Shown: positions 38,601-46,652 of the stretch, piece after piece | How positions within the stretch are numbered: position 1 is the stretch's first letter | Layout of the letters: the number at the start of each line of letters is the position of its first letter | Assembly: GCF_004353825.1 (NCBI RefSeq) | Contig: NZ_SMNA01000004.1 | Coordinates: 248,001-312,000 of the forward strand | Length of the DNA stretch: 64,000 nucleotides | DNA from: Occultella glacieicola | GTDB lineage: Bacteria > Actinomycetota > Actinomycetes > Actinomycetales > Beutenbergiaceae | Direction of reading: 5' to 3' | Notes under the pieces: model-generated | Database searches by the model: none | What the model saw: only the letters and a program-made list of their open reading frames with translations | What the model was told of the DNA's origin: nothing | Translations under genes and position numbers: made by a program

Positions 38601-38693
38601 GGCGGGCTCCTCGGTCCGATGGATGCGCGCGATCGCGCGCGGTAGGGCGCCACGATAGCCCGCCGGTGCCGGCGCCCACGCCGGGTCCGAGCG

Positions 38694-39059
38694 TCAGAGC
38701 CCCACGGACGGGTACTCCCTGCCGAGCCAGTGGCTCAGCTTCCGCCCGAACTCCCGCTGGAACGACAGCGGGCCCTGCTCGCGGGTGTAGTCCTCGTCGT
38801 AGAGGGCGATGAACAGGGTCAGGTTCAGGAAGAAGTGGGCCCCGTGCTCGAACAGCCAGACGTAGTCGTGCGCGGCCAGGGCGGCCCGCTCGGAGTCGGT
38901 GAAGGACTGGACCGTGGTCTCCTCGACCGCGTTGAGCCAGCGGCCGACCTCCTCCTCCCAGGCCGCGACCGTGCCGGCCGGGTCGTCCTTGTAGCGCTGC
39001 ACCCACTTCGGGTCCCGGTCGATCGTGTAGAGGAACTTGTCGACGTAGTACGTGCTCAT
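38694..39059 (-). CDS. Small protein; candidate LigA-like partner subunit of the dioxygenase
   Basis: 121 aa; MSTYYVDKFL...F(T)DSERAAL...DY..L...GAH pattern resembles LigA-type helical subunits; ATGA overlap with the dioxygenase gene. Confidence 0.6.
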   Translation of the reverse strand: MSTYYVDKFLYTIDRDPKWVQRYKDDPAGTVAAWEEEVGRWLNAVEETTVQSFTDSERAALAAHDYVWLFEHGAHFFLNLTLFIALYDEDYTREQGPLSFQREFGRKLSHWLGREYPSVGL

Positions 39060-39919
39060 GCCGGGGCTCCGTTCGGGTACCAGGTCATGTACATCTCGCG
39101 CGTGTGGAAGAGGTCGAGCTCGTCGACGTAGTCCGCCCGCACGCCGTCGCCGGCGATCCCCATCATCAGCACCAGGTCCATGAACCCGTGCGTGGCATTG
39201 CCTGCGCCGGCCATCGACTCGTGCGTCACGTTCGCCAGGATCGCGTCGATGTTGCCGTCTCTCAGCCATTCGATCGCCTGCCGGTCGAACTCCGGGTCCG
39301 GGCCGTGCTCACCGAACTGGCGCGGCCCGCCGAGCTCCAGGGACAGGTGCCCGGTGCCGATCGCCGCCACCCGCAGGTCCGAGGGCCAGGCGTCGATGAT
39401 CTCCCGGATCGCCCGGCCCACCTGCCAGAACCGCTTCGGCGAGGGCATCGGCGGCGCGAAGATGTTCGTGTAGACGGGCACGACCGGCAGGTCCGCCTCG
39501 GGTCGCACCGTGATGATCGGGCAGATGATCGAGTGGTCCAGCTTCAGCTCGTGCGAGAAGGCGAAGTCGAAGTCCCGTTCCAGCAGGCCCTCGTGCAGGT
39601 ACCGGGAGAGTTCGACTTCGCCGTCGAGGACGTACGTGGGCAGGCCGAACTCGCGCTGCTCGTTGTAGAACGTGGCGTCGTAGCGCTCCGCCCGGCCGAT
39701 CAGGAACTGCGGGTAGTTGTCGAGGAAGAACTGGTGGAAGTGGTCGGCGCCGACCATCACGAGCACGTCCGGCGCCGCCGCGGTGAGGGTCTCCCGGTAG
39801 GCCTCCACCTTGCGCTGCCACTCGGCGGCGAACGGTGGGCGTTCCTCCGGGGGCGAGGTGGTGGCCTTGTAGTAGAAGGGGTGGTGCGTGCTGGCCAGCA
39901 CGGCGGTGAGCTGGGCCAC
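39056..39919 (-). CDS. LigB-family (class III/type II) extradiol ring-cleavage dioxygenase
   Basis: STHHP, PDVLVMVGADHF..FFLDN.PQF, LDHS, LPVVPV..N, RVAAIGTG.LS, PEFD motifs. Confidence 0.85.
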   Translation of the reverse strand: MAQLTAVLASTHHPFYYKATTSPPEERPPFAAEWQRKVEAYRETLTAAAPDVLVMVGADHFHQFFLDNYPQFLIGRAERYDATFYNEQREFGLPTYVLDGEVELSRYLHEGLLERDFDFAFSHELKLDHSIICPIITVRPEADLPVVPVYTNIFAPPMPSPKRFWQVGRAIREIIDAWPSDLRVAAIGTGHLSLELGGPRQFGEHGPDPEFDRQAIEWLRDGNIDAILANVTHESMAGAGNATHGFMDLVLMMGIAGDGVRADYVDELDLFHTREMYMTWYPNGAPA

Positions 39920-39962
39920 TTCGGGCTCCTTCGCAGGGGTCGACGGCGGGGGCGGGGGCTTC

Positions 39963-40769
39963 TCAGGCGGGGTCGGGGGCGGGCGGGGGTACGTAGACCG
40001 CGTTGCGGTCCACCGACGCGTAGATCGCCGGGGCGATCGGGTCGCGGTGCTCCTCGGCGATCTGGCCGAGCAGCCCGGCGGTGCGGGCGAGCAGCGCGAA
40101 CCCGCGGAGCATCTCGACCGGGAGGCCGAGATCGGCCAGGGCGGCGCCGCAGACGCCGGCGCCGTTGAGCGGCAGGGGCCGCCCGAGCACCGGCTCGCTC
40201 ATCCGGCCGAGCGCCTCGAACAGGCGCAGGTGCGGTCCGCGCAGCCCCTCCTCCTCGGCGATCGCGATCAGGCGGGGGGTGCGTGGGTCGCCCTGCTTGT
40301 GCACCGGGTGCCCCAGGCCCGGGACTTTGGCCCCGGCGGCCCGCCGCGCGCGCAGGGCGGATGTGGCGAGCGCGTCCCAGCCGGCGTCCGTGTCCGGCAG
40401 TGGCGCGGGCGCGGCCGTGAGGGTCTGGGCGAGGAACACGCCGGTGTCCTCGGTGACCCCGAGGTACCGGGACCCGCCGCCGAGGATCCCGGCCGCCACG
40501 GCGCCCTGCAGGGCCCCGGGCGCGCTGAGGTCGGTGAGCCGGGCCACGATCGCGGTGGGGGTGAAGCCGTGGTCGGTGAGCGCGACCAGGACCGCCTCGA
40601 ACACGCGGACCTCACCCGGGCTCGGGCGTCGCAGGGCCACCAGCCAGAACGCGAGCTCGCCGAAGCCGACCGTGCCCATCAGGTCCTCGGTGAGGTCCTG
40701 GCCGAGCAGGTGGATCTCCTCGGCGCTCGAGGTGCCGAGCGACGTCGGGTAGCGGGGCGGCTCGGTCAC
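39963..40769 (-). CDS. Citryl-CoA lyase / citrate-synthase-like protein
   Basis: LTDHGFTPT, GAVAAG, PGLGHPVHK..DPR, LPLN..G, LARTAGLLG..AEE; about 268 aa. Confidence 0.85.
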   Translation of the reverse strand: MTEPPRYPTSLGTSSAEEIHLLGQDLTEDLMGTVGFGELAFWLVALRRPSPGEVRVFEAVLVALTDHGFTPTAIVARLTDLSAPGALQGAVAAGILGGGSRYLGVTEDTGVFLAQTLTAAPAPLPDTDAGWDALATSALRARRAAGAKVPGLGHPVHKQGDPRTPRLIAIAEEEGLRGPHLRLFEALGRMSEPVLGRPLPLNGAGVCGAALADLGLPVEMLRGFALLARTAGLLGQIAEEHRDPIAPAIYASVDRNAVYVPPPAPDPA

Positions 40770-41938
40770 CGGTCCTCCTCGGTCGCCGGACCGGCCAGCC
40801 AGGCCCGGATCTCCTCGGTGTGCTCTCCGAGCCCCGGAGGGGCGAGGTCGTAGCGCGGAGCAGTCCCGGAGAAGGTGAGCGGATGCCGGACCCCGGGGAC
40901 GCCGTCGGGCCCCACGGCGACCTCGGGCTCCAGCCCGAGCCGGCGCGCGTACTCGACTCCCTGCGCGATCGTGTTGATCGGCCCGCAGGCCACGCCGACG
41001 GCGTTCAGAGCCTCGAACCAATGCTCCGCGGGCGCCGTCCGCAACCGTTCCACGAGCAGCGGTCGCAGCTCCTCGCGGCGTTCGGTGCGGTCGGCGTTCT
41101 CGGCGAAGCGGGGGTCGTCGGCGACCTCGCCGATGCCGAGGACCTCGCACAGCCGCCGGAACTGGGTGTCGTTGCCGGCGGTGATGATCAGGTCGTCGTC
41201 CGCGGTGGGCAGCGGCTCGTACGGGAACAGGCTCGGGTGCGCGTTGCCCATCCGCATCGGGGTGACGGAGCCGCCCACGTAGGCCATGGTCTGGTTCACC
41301 AGCCCGCTCATCGCGGACGCCATCAGGCTGGCCTCGATGTGCTGGCCCTGCCCCGTGCGCTCGCGGTGGTGCACGGCGGCGAGGATCCCGATCGTCGAGT
41401 GCAGCCCGGCCATGACGTCGAACACGCTGATCCCGGCCCGGTAGGGCGGTCCGTCGGGGTCCCCGGTGAGGCTCATCAGGCCCGACATGGCCTGCACGAT
41501 CAGGTCGTAGCCGGGCAGTCTCGCGCCCTCCGCGGAGCCGAACCCGCTGATCGAGGAGTAGATGATCCGGGGGTTGTGCGAACTGACGGTCCCGTAGTCC
41601 AGCCCGAACTTCGCCAGGCCACCGGGCTTGAAGTTCTCCACGAGCACGTCCGACCGGCGGGCCAACTCCCGGGCCGCGGCCAGGTCGGTCTCGTCCTTGA
41701 AGTCCAGCACGATCGAGCGCTTGTTCCGGTTGATCGAGGCGAAGTAGGTCGACACGCCGTCCGGGCGGACCGGCGGGACCCAGGTACGGGTGTCGTCGCC
41801 GCCCGGGGACTCGACCTTGATCACCTCCGCACCCAGGTCCGCGAGCAGCATCGTCGCGTACGGCCCGGCGAGCACCCGGGAGAGGTCCGCGACGAGCAGC
41901 CCGTCCAGGGGGCGTGCCGGTGGGCTCTGGGCTGGCAT
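40766..41938 (-). CDS. Class III CoA-transferase (CaiB/BaiF)
   Basis: PLDGLLVADLSRVLAGPY...LADLGAEVIKVE, NRNKRS, DVLVENFKPG, PGYD, P.LGEHT. Confidence 0.93.
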   Translation of the reverse strand: MPAQSPPARPLDGLLVADLSRVLAGPYATMLLADLGAEVIKVESPGGDDTRTWVPPVRPDGVSTYFASINRNKRSIVLDFKDETDLAAARELARRSDVLVENFKPGGLAKFGLDYGTVSSHNPRIIYSSISGFGSAEGARLPGYDLIVQAMSGLMSLTGDPDGPPYRAGISVFDVMAGLHSTIGILAAVHHRERTGQGQHIEASLMASAMSGLVNQTMAYVGGSVTPMRMGNAHPSLFPYEPLPTADDDLIITAGNDTQFRRLCEVLGIGEVADDPRFAENADRTERREELRPLLVERLRTAPAEHWFEALNAVGVACGPINTIAQGVEYARRLGLEPEVAVGPDGVPGVRHPLTFSGTAPRYDLAPPGLGEHTEEIRAWLAGPATEEDR

Positions 41939-41967
41939 GGGTTCCTTCCGGGCGGGCAGACGGCGGG

Positions 41968-41992
41968 TGACCGCTGAGCGGACACATGTCCG
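41968..41992. promoter_or_regulatory. PobR/PcaR-type IclR operator, site 1
   Basis: TGACCG-CTGAG-CGGACA followed by CA-TGTCCG. Confidence 0.65.
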
Positions 41993-42112
41993 TTGGCCTA
42001 GCGTCGCCCCGGGGCGGTTCGCTGTCAAGGTTCGCCCCGCGGTGGCGTGCGCTGTCGATCCGGGTCCGGTTGGGGCACACTGGCGCACACTGCATGGGCA
42101 AGGAAGGACGAC

Positions 42113-42910
42113 ATGGCGCAACCGGCTCGCGGCCCCGACTTCATCGAGGCGCTCGCGCGCGGCCTCGACGTGCTGCGGGCCTTCGGCCCCGAGCGCCCCG
42201 CGATGACGCTCAGCGAGGTCGCCAGGGTCGCGGACCTGGCCCGCCCCACGGCGCGTCGGATCCTGCTCACCCTCGCCGAGCTCGGCTACGTCCGGGCGGA
42301 CGACGGCACCTACGCGCTCACCCCGCGGGTGATCGACCTGGGCATGGCCTACGTCGGCGCCCTCGGTCTCTGGGACATCGCCCGTCCGCACCAGGAGGCG
42401 CTGGTGCGGCGCACGCACGAGTCGTCCTCGATGTCCCAACTGGACGGGTCGGACATCATCTACGTCACGCGGGTCGCGGTACCCAAACTGATCGCGCTGC
42501 GCGTCGACGTCGGCACCAGGTTCCCGGCTATGGTCACCTCCCAGGGCAAGGTGCTGCTCGCCGACCTGCCAGACGGCGAGGTCGCCAAGGTCCTGAAGGT
42601 GCCGTCCCGCTCCGATCTGCCCGTGCGGGAGTTCGCGCGGGCGGCCGTGCGCGAGTCGCTCGCCGAGGTGCGGGAACAGGGGTACGCCGTCGCCGACGAG
42701 GAACTCGCGCCGGGCGTGCGGTCGGTGGCGGTTCCGGTCCGGGATGCTTCCGGGCGGGTCGCCGCCGCGATGAACGTGACCGTGCACGCCGCCGAGACGT
42801 CCCTGGCCGTGCTGCTGGACGAGCACCTGCCGCCACTGCGCGAGGCCGCCGCCGCGGTCGAGGCGGACTGGGCCCGCTGGGCGGCCCGGCCGGTGGCGAC
42901 GCTGTCCTGA
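42113..42910 (+). CDS. IclR family regulator (PcaR/PobR-like)
   Basis: DFIEALARGLDVL..F, TLSEVA...LARPTARRILLTL..LGYV, VGTRFPA..TS.GKVLL, EELAPGVRSVAVP. Confidence 0.93.
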   Translation: MAQPARGPDFIEALARGLDVLRAFGPERPAMTLSEVARVADLARPTARRILLTLAELGYVRADDGTYALTPRVIDLGMAYVGALGLWDIARPHQEALVRRTHESSSMSQLDGSDIIYVTRVAVPKLIALRVDVGTRFPAMVTSQGKVLLADLPDGEVAKVLKVPSRSDLPVREFARAAVRESLAEVREQGYAVADEELAPGVRSVAVPVRDASGRVAAAMNVTVHAAETSLAVLLDEHLPPLREAAAAVEADWARWAARPVATLS

Positions 42911-42938
42911 CCGTCCGTCGCCCCGAAGGTGCGCCGGC

Positions 42939-42987
42939 GTCCACCTTCCGACCATTCACGGTCGGACTGAATCGTTTGAAGGTCGAC
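42939..42987. terminator. Imperfect hairpin between convergent genes
   Basis: GTCCACCTTCCGACCATTCA / TGAATCGTTTGAAGGTCGAC arms, 16 of 20 Watson-Crick pairs. Confidence 0.45.
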
Positions 42988-43021
42988 CTCGGCTGGGTGC
43001 ACGCGGGTCGGGAGTGGGGGG

Positions 43022-43999
43022 TCAGGGGGTCAGGACGATCCGCCCGTCGCAGCGTCCCTGGGCCTGGCGGGTCCAGGCGTCGGTGACGTCGGAGAGCGGC
43101 ACGAGCTCGTGGGCGACGGTGATCGCACCGGCGACGGCGTGCTCGAGCACCTCGGCGAGGAGTTCCCGCTGCCGCGCCGGCGCCAGGGCGTTGTTGGTGT
43201 AGCCGAGGATCTCGGCGGACCGGCTCCGCAGGAGCGCCGAGTCATAGGCCGAGGTCGGACCGGCGGAGCTGCCGAGGTTCACCAGCCGGCCGCCCTCGGC
43301 GAGGATCGAGGCGGCCGCGGTGCCCGGGTCCCCGCAGAGCGGGTCGACGACGACGTCCACCGGCCGCCCGCAGGCCTCGAGCAGGCGCAGCGCCAGGTCG
43401 GCGCGTGCCTCGTCCGCACGCAGGTCCACGACGACGTCGGCGCCCGCGTTCTCGCAGCGGCGACGCGCCGCCTCGGAGCGGGCGGCGGCGACCACGCGGC
43501 CGGCGCCGAGCACGCGGGCGGCCTGGATCGCGACCTGGCCCACCACCCCACCGCCGCCGAGCACCAGGACCACCTCGCCCGGCCGCAGCCCGGCGCGCTG
43601 CGTCAGGACCGCCCAGGCCGCCACGGCGGACAGGCCGAGCGCCGCGACGAGAGCGTCACCGGCGCCGTCCGGCAGGGGGAGCAGGCCCTCCTCCTTGGCG
43701 ACGCTGAGGCGTGCCATCGAACCGTCGCCGGGCGCCATGCCCGCCGTGGTGGGGAACCAGACCCGGGTGCCGGAGGGCAGGGTCGGGGCGGTGACGACCT
43801 CGCCGACGCCCTGAACGCCGGGGACGTAGGGGGTGGCGGGCGTGCCGAAGTAGGAGGCGCCGCTCGCGCAGAGGAGGTCCAGCGGGGCGATCGCGGCCGC
43901 GTGCACACGGATCAGCGCCTCGCCGTCGCCGGGGGCGGGATCGGGCCGTTCCAGCGGCCGCGGTGGCGCGCCGGCCTCGGTGATGACTGCCGCGTCCAT
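43022..43999 (-). CDS. MDR family NAD(P)H:quinone oxidoreductase-like protein
   Basis: PYVPG..GVG, GE.VLVLGGGGVVGQVAIQ.A, VDVVVD, GGRLV; no Zn-binding Cys cluster evident. Confidence 0.88.
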   Translation of the reverse strand: MDAAVITEAGAPPRPLERPDPAPGDGEALIRVHAAAIAPLDLLCASGASYFGTPATPYVPGVQGVGEVVTAPTLPSGTRVWFPTTAGMAPGDGSMARLSVAKEEGLLPLPDGAGDALVAALGLSAVAAWAVLTQRAGLRPGEVVLVLGGGGVVGQVAIQAARVLGAGRVVAAARSEAARRRCENAGADVVVDLRADEARADLALRLLEACGRPVDVVVDPLCGDPGTAAASILAEGGRLVNLGSSAGPTSAYDSALLRSRSAEILGYTNNALAPARQRELLAEVLEHAVAGAITVAHELVPLSDVTDAWTRQAQGRCDGRIVLTP

Positions 44000-44052
44000 G
44001 GGCTCCTCCTCAGGGGGTTGACATGCGGTCGGCGTGACCTATTGTGACTTCA

Positions 44053-44078
44053 GCGGACAAGTGTCCGCCAGGCGGATG
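44053..44078. promoter_or_regulatory. PobR/PcaR-type IclR operator, site 2
   Basis: GCGGACA-AG-TGTCCG-CCAGG-CGGATG; shares the CGGACA-NN-TGTCCG core with site 1. Confidence 0.65.
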
Positions 44079-44111
44079 GTTGTCCGCGAACCTGCGACGG
44101 CGGAGGTTGGA

Positions 44112-45566
44112 ATGAGCGAACCCCAGGGCGACGAGGCGTTCGGCGACGACCGTCCGATCGTATTCCGCAACGCCCTCGTGGTGACGATGGACGACGCGCA
44201 TACGGTGCTCGACGGCGCCGATCTGCTCGTCGTGGGCGAGCGGATCGAGGCGGTCGGACCGGCGCTGGAGGTGCCGGAGGCGACCGTCGAGATCGACGCG
44301 TCCGGCGGCATCCTGATGCCCGGGATGGTCGATACGCACCGGCACCTGTGGCAGACCGCGATGCGTGGCTACGGCGCCGACTGGACCCTGACCCAGTACT
44401 TCGTCTGGAACTACCTGTCCTACGGCAAGCACTTCCGCCCGCAGGACATCCACGCCGGCAACCTCCTCGGCGCGATCGAGGCGATCGACGCGGGCGTGAC
44501 CACCACGGTCGACTGGTCGCACGGGCTGCAGACCGTCGAGCACGCGCAGGCGGCCCTCGAGGCGCTGCAGCAGGTGGGCGGCCGCTCGGTGCTCGCCTAC
44601 GGCAACATCCACGCCGGACCCTGGGAGTGGACCGCCACCCCGGAGTTCCGCTCGTTCGCCGAGGGGTTGCCGCGCAGCGACATGCTCGGGTTCCAGCTGG
44701 CCTTCGACGTCACCGGAGACCCCGCCTATCCCGAGGGTGCCGCGTTCGACGTCGCCCGCGACCTGGACGTGTCCGTCACGACGCACGCCGGCGTCTGGGG
44801 TGCCACGAACGACGACGGGATCCGGCTGATGCACGAGCACGGGCACATGCGGCCCGGGCACGTGTATGTGCATGCCGCGACGCTCAGCGCGGACTCCTAC
44901 CAGCGGATCGCGGCGACCGGCGGGTTCGCGTCGGTGTCCTCGGAGAGCGAGTCCTCCTGCGGGCAGGGCTACCCCTCGAGCTGGGCGCTGCGCGCCCACG
45001 GCGTACCGATCTCGCTGTCCATGGACACCAGCGTGTGGTGGAGCGGTGACCTGTTCTCCGCCATGCGCGCGACCCTGTCCACGGACCGCACCCGCGAACA
45101 CTTCGAGGCGCACGTGAACGGCGACACCGTCACGAACATCTCGCTGCGCGCCCAGGACGTGGTCGAGTGGGCCACCCGCGGCGGCGCCCGGGCGCTGGGA
45201 CTGGACTCCGCCGTCGGGAGCCTGGAACCGGGCAGGAAGGCCGACGTCGTGCTGGTCAAGAACGATGCGTCACCGGTGATGTTCCCGATCCTGCACCCCT
45301 ACGGGCACATCGCCTTCCAGGCCCAGCGTGGCGACGTGCACACCGTGGTGGTCAACGGCCGCGTCCTCAAGCACGAGCACCGTCTGCTCGGCGCCGACCT
45401 CGCGAAGGCTCGCACCGCCGTCGAGCAGACCGTCGAGCACCTGCGCGCCACCCTCGGCGACGAGGAGTGGCGCACCGGTATGAGCCCGGAGATCCCGGAG
45501 TCCAAGGTGCTCGACAATCCCTACATGTACACCGACTACGCGGACGACTCGACCCACCGCGCCTGA
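44112..45566 (+). CDS. Metal-dependent amidohydrolase (AtzA/SsnA-like)
   Basis: PGMVDTHRHLWQ, AGVTT, TTHAG, YVHA, SMD, GSLEPGRKADVV, V.TV.VNG; RBS GGAGG. Confidence 0.9.
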   Translation: MSEPQGDEAFGDDRPIVFRNALVVTMDDAHTVLDGADLLVVGERIEAVGPALEVPEATVEIDASGGILMPGMVDTHRHLWQTAMRGYGADWTLTQYFVWNYLSYGKHFRPQDIHAGNLLGAIEAIDAGVTTTVDWSHGLQTVEHAQAALEALQQVGGRSVLAYGNIHAGPWEWTATPEFRSFAEGLPRSDMLGFQLAFDVTGDPAYPEGAAFDVARDLDVSVTTHAGVWGATNDDGIRLMHEHGHMRPGHVYVHAATLSADSYQRIAATGGFASVSSESESSCGQGYPSSWALRAHGVPISLSMDTSVWWSGDLFSAMRATLSTDRTREHFEAHVNGDTVTNISLRAQDVVEWATRGGARALGLDSAVGSLEPGRKADVVLVKNDASPVMFPILHPYGHIAFQAQRGDVHTVVVNGRVLKHEHRLLGADLAKARTAVEQTVEHLRATLGDEEWRTGMSPEIPESKVLDNPYMYTDYADDSTHRA

Positions 45567-45580
45567 GGTGTGCGCCGGAC

Positions 45581-45621
45581 CGTTGCGTCACTGACCCGTG
45601 CGGTGGGTCAGTGACGCAACG
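45581..45621. repeat. REP-like palindrome, family 2, copy A (probable bidirectional terminator)
   Basis: Perfect 17-bp arms CGTTGCGTCACTGACCC/GGGTCAGTGACGCAACG; second copy at 58299-58345. Confidence 0.85.
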
Positions 45622-45633
45622 ACCTGTTGACGG

Positions 45634-46317
45634 TCAGCGGGGCCGGTCCGACTCGGTCGGCAACTCCAGCTGACGCAGCCTGGTGTAGGCGCCGCTGAGG
45701 TGCTCCTCGGCCGCGGCGCGGGCGACGGCCGGGTCACCCTTGGCCAGGGCCATGCGCAGGTCGTGGTGCTCGGGGTAGCCGACGGTGGGGAAGTCGGGGA
45801 AGTTCACATTGCGGGTGTGCAGGAAGAAGAACACCTGGCTGCGTATCGAGATCCAGGCCCGGCTCAGTCGTTGGTGGTCGGCCGCGTCGTAGAGGACGTC
45901 GTGGAAGGCGAGGTCGAGCCGGACCGCCTCCTGTGGGGCGACGGACCCGGAGGTCTCCTTCATCGCGTCCAGGACACGGTCGAGCTCGGCAAAGTGGGCG
46001 GGCGTCATCCGCGTCGCCGCACGTTCGGCGGCGAGGGACTCGATGGCCGCGCGGAAGGTGTGCACCTCCTCCACGTCCACCTGGGTCAGGACGCTCACGA
46101 ACGCACCGCGGTGGCGCTTGATCTCGACCTGCCCCTCGGACTCCAGGAGCGCCAGGGCGTCGCGGACCGGGCCCCGGCTCACATCCAGGCCGGCGGCGAG
46201 TTCCATCTCACGCAGGTGCTGGCCGGGCGCGAGTTCCCCGGTCGCGATCTTCTCACGGAGCACGGCCAGCACGTACTCGCTCAGGGAGGTGCGCGGCGGG
46301 GTGTTTCGCAGCTCCAT
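45634..46317 (-). CDS. GntR family regulator (FCD/VanR-like)
   Basis: I..GELAPGQHLREMELA..LDVSRGPVRDAL..LE.EG, HRGAFV, LDLAFHD. Confidence 0.92.
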   Translation of the reverse strand: MELRNTPPRTSLSEYVLAVLREKIATGELAPGQHLREMELAAGLDVSRGPVRDALALLESEGQVEIKRHRGAFVSVLTQVDVEEVHTFRAAIESLAAERAATRMTPAHFAELDRVLDAMKETSGSVAPQEAVRLDLAFHDVLYDAADHQRLSRAWISIRSQVFFFLHTRNVNFPDFPTVGYPEHHDLRMALAKGDPAVARAAAEEHLSGAYTRLRQLELPTESDRPR

Positions 46318-46525
46318 CAACGCGCCACCCGGCCGGTCGTCACGGCCCGCCCCGGATCCGCGCCGGCGGCATCGCCGGCCCCGCGCCCCCGGATCGGAGG
46401 CGTTGTCTGAGAGGCCCCGTCGGGCCCACCGATGATGCGCATGCTTCCCCTCGTTTCTTGGCCGCCACGTCGCGCCACCTCAACGAACGGTAGCGCCTGG
46501 CAGGTCCCGGCGACGACCGATCCGA

Positions 46526-46571
46526 TCGATTGCAGACAATCGACATCGCGGATTGAAGATCATTGACAATC
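46526..46571. promoter_or_regulatory. Candidate GntR operators
   Basis: Palindrome TCGATTG-CAGA-CAATCGA (46526-46543) and a second site GATCATTGACAATC (46558-46571), both ending GACAATC, in the divergent promoter. Confidence 0.65.
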
Positions 46572-46652
46572 TGGAATCGAGCCTTCTAGCCTCCTCGAAG
46601 GCCGCCAGCGACGGACGGCCCGACGACCACCGCAGAGAGGCAGAGTCCGGAC

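Noticed and set aside
39920..39995. Imperfect C/G-rich duplication at the citryl-CoA lyase 3' end
   Set aside because: Low-complexity and degenerate; both flanking genes appear intact, so no functional claim can be supported.
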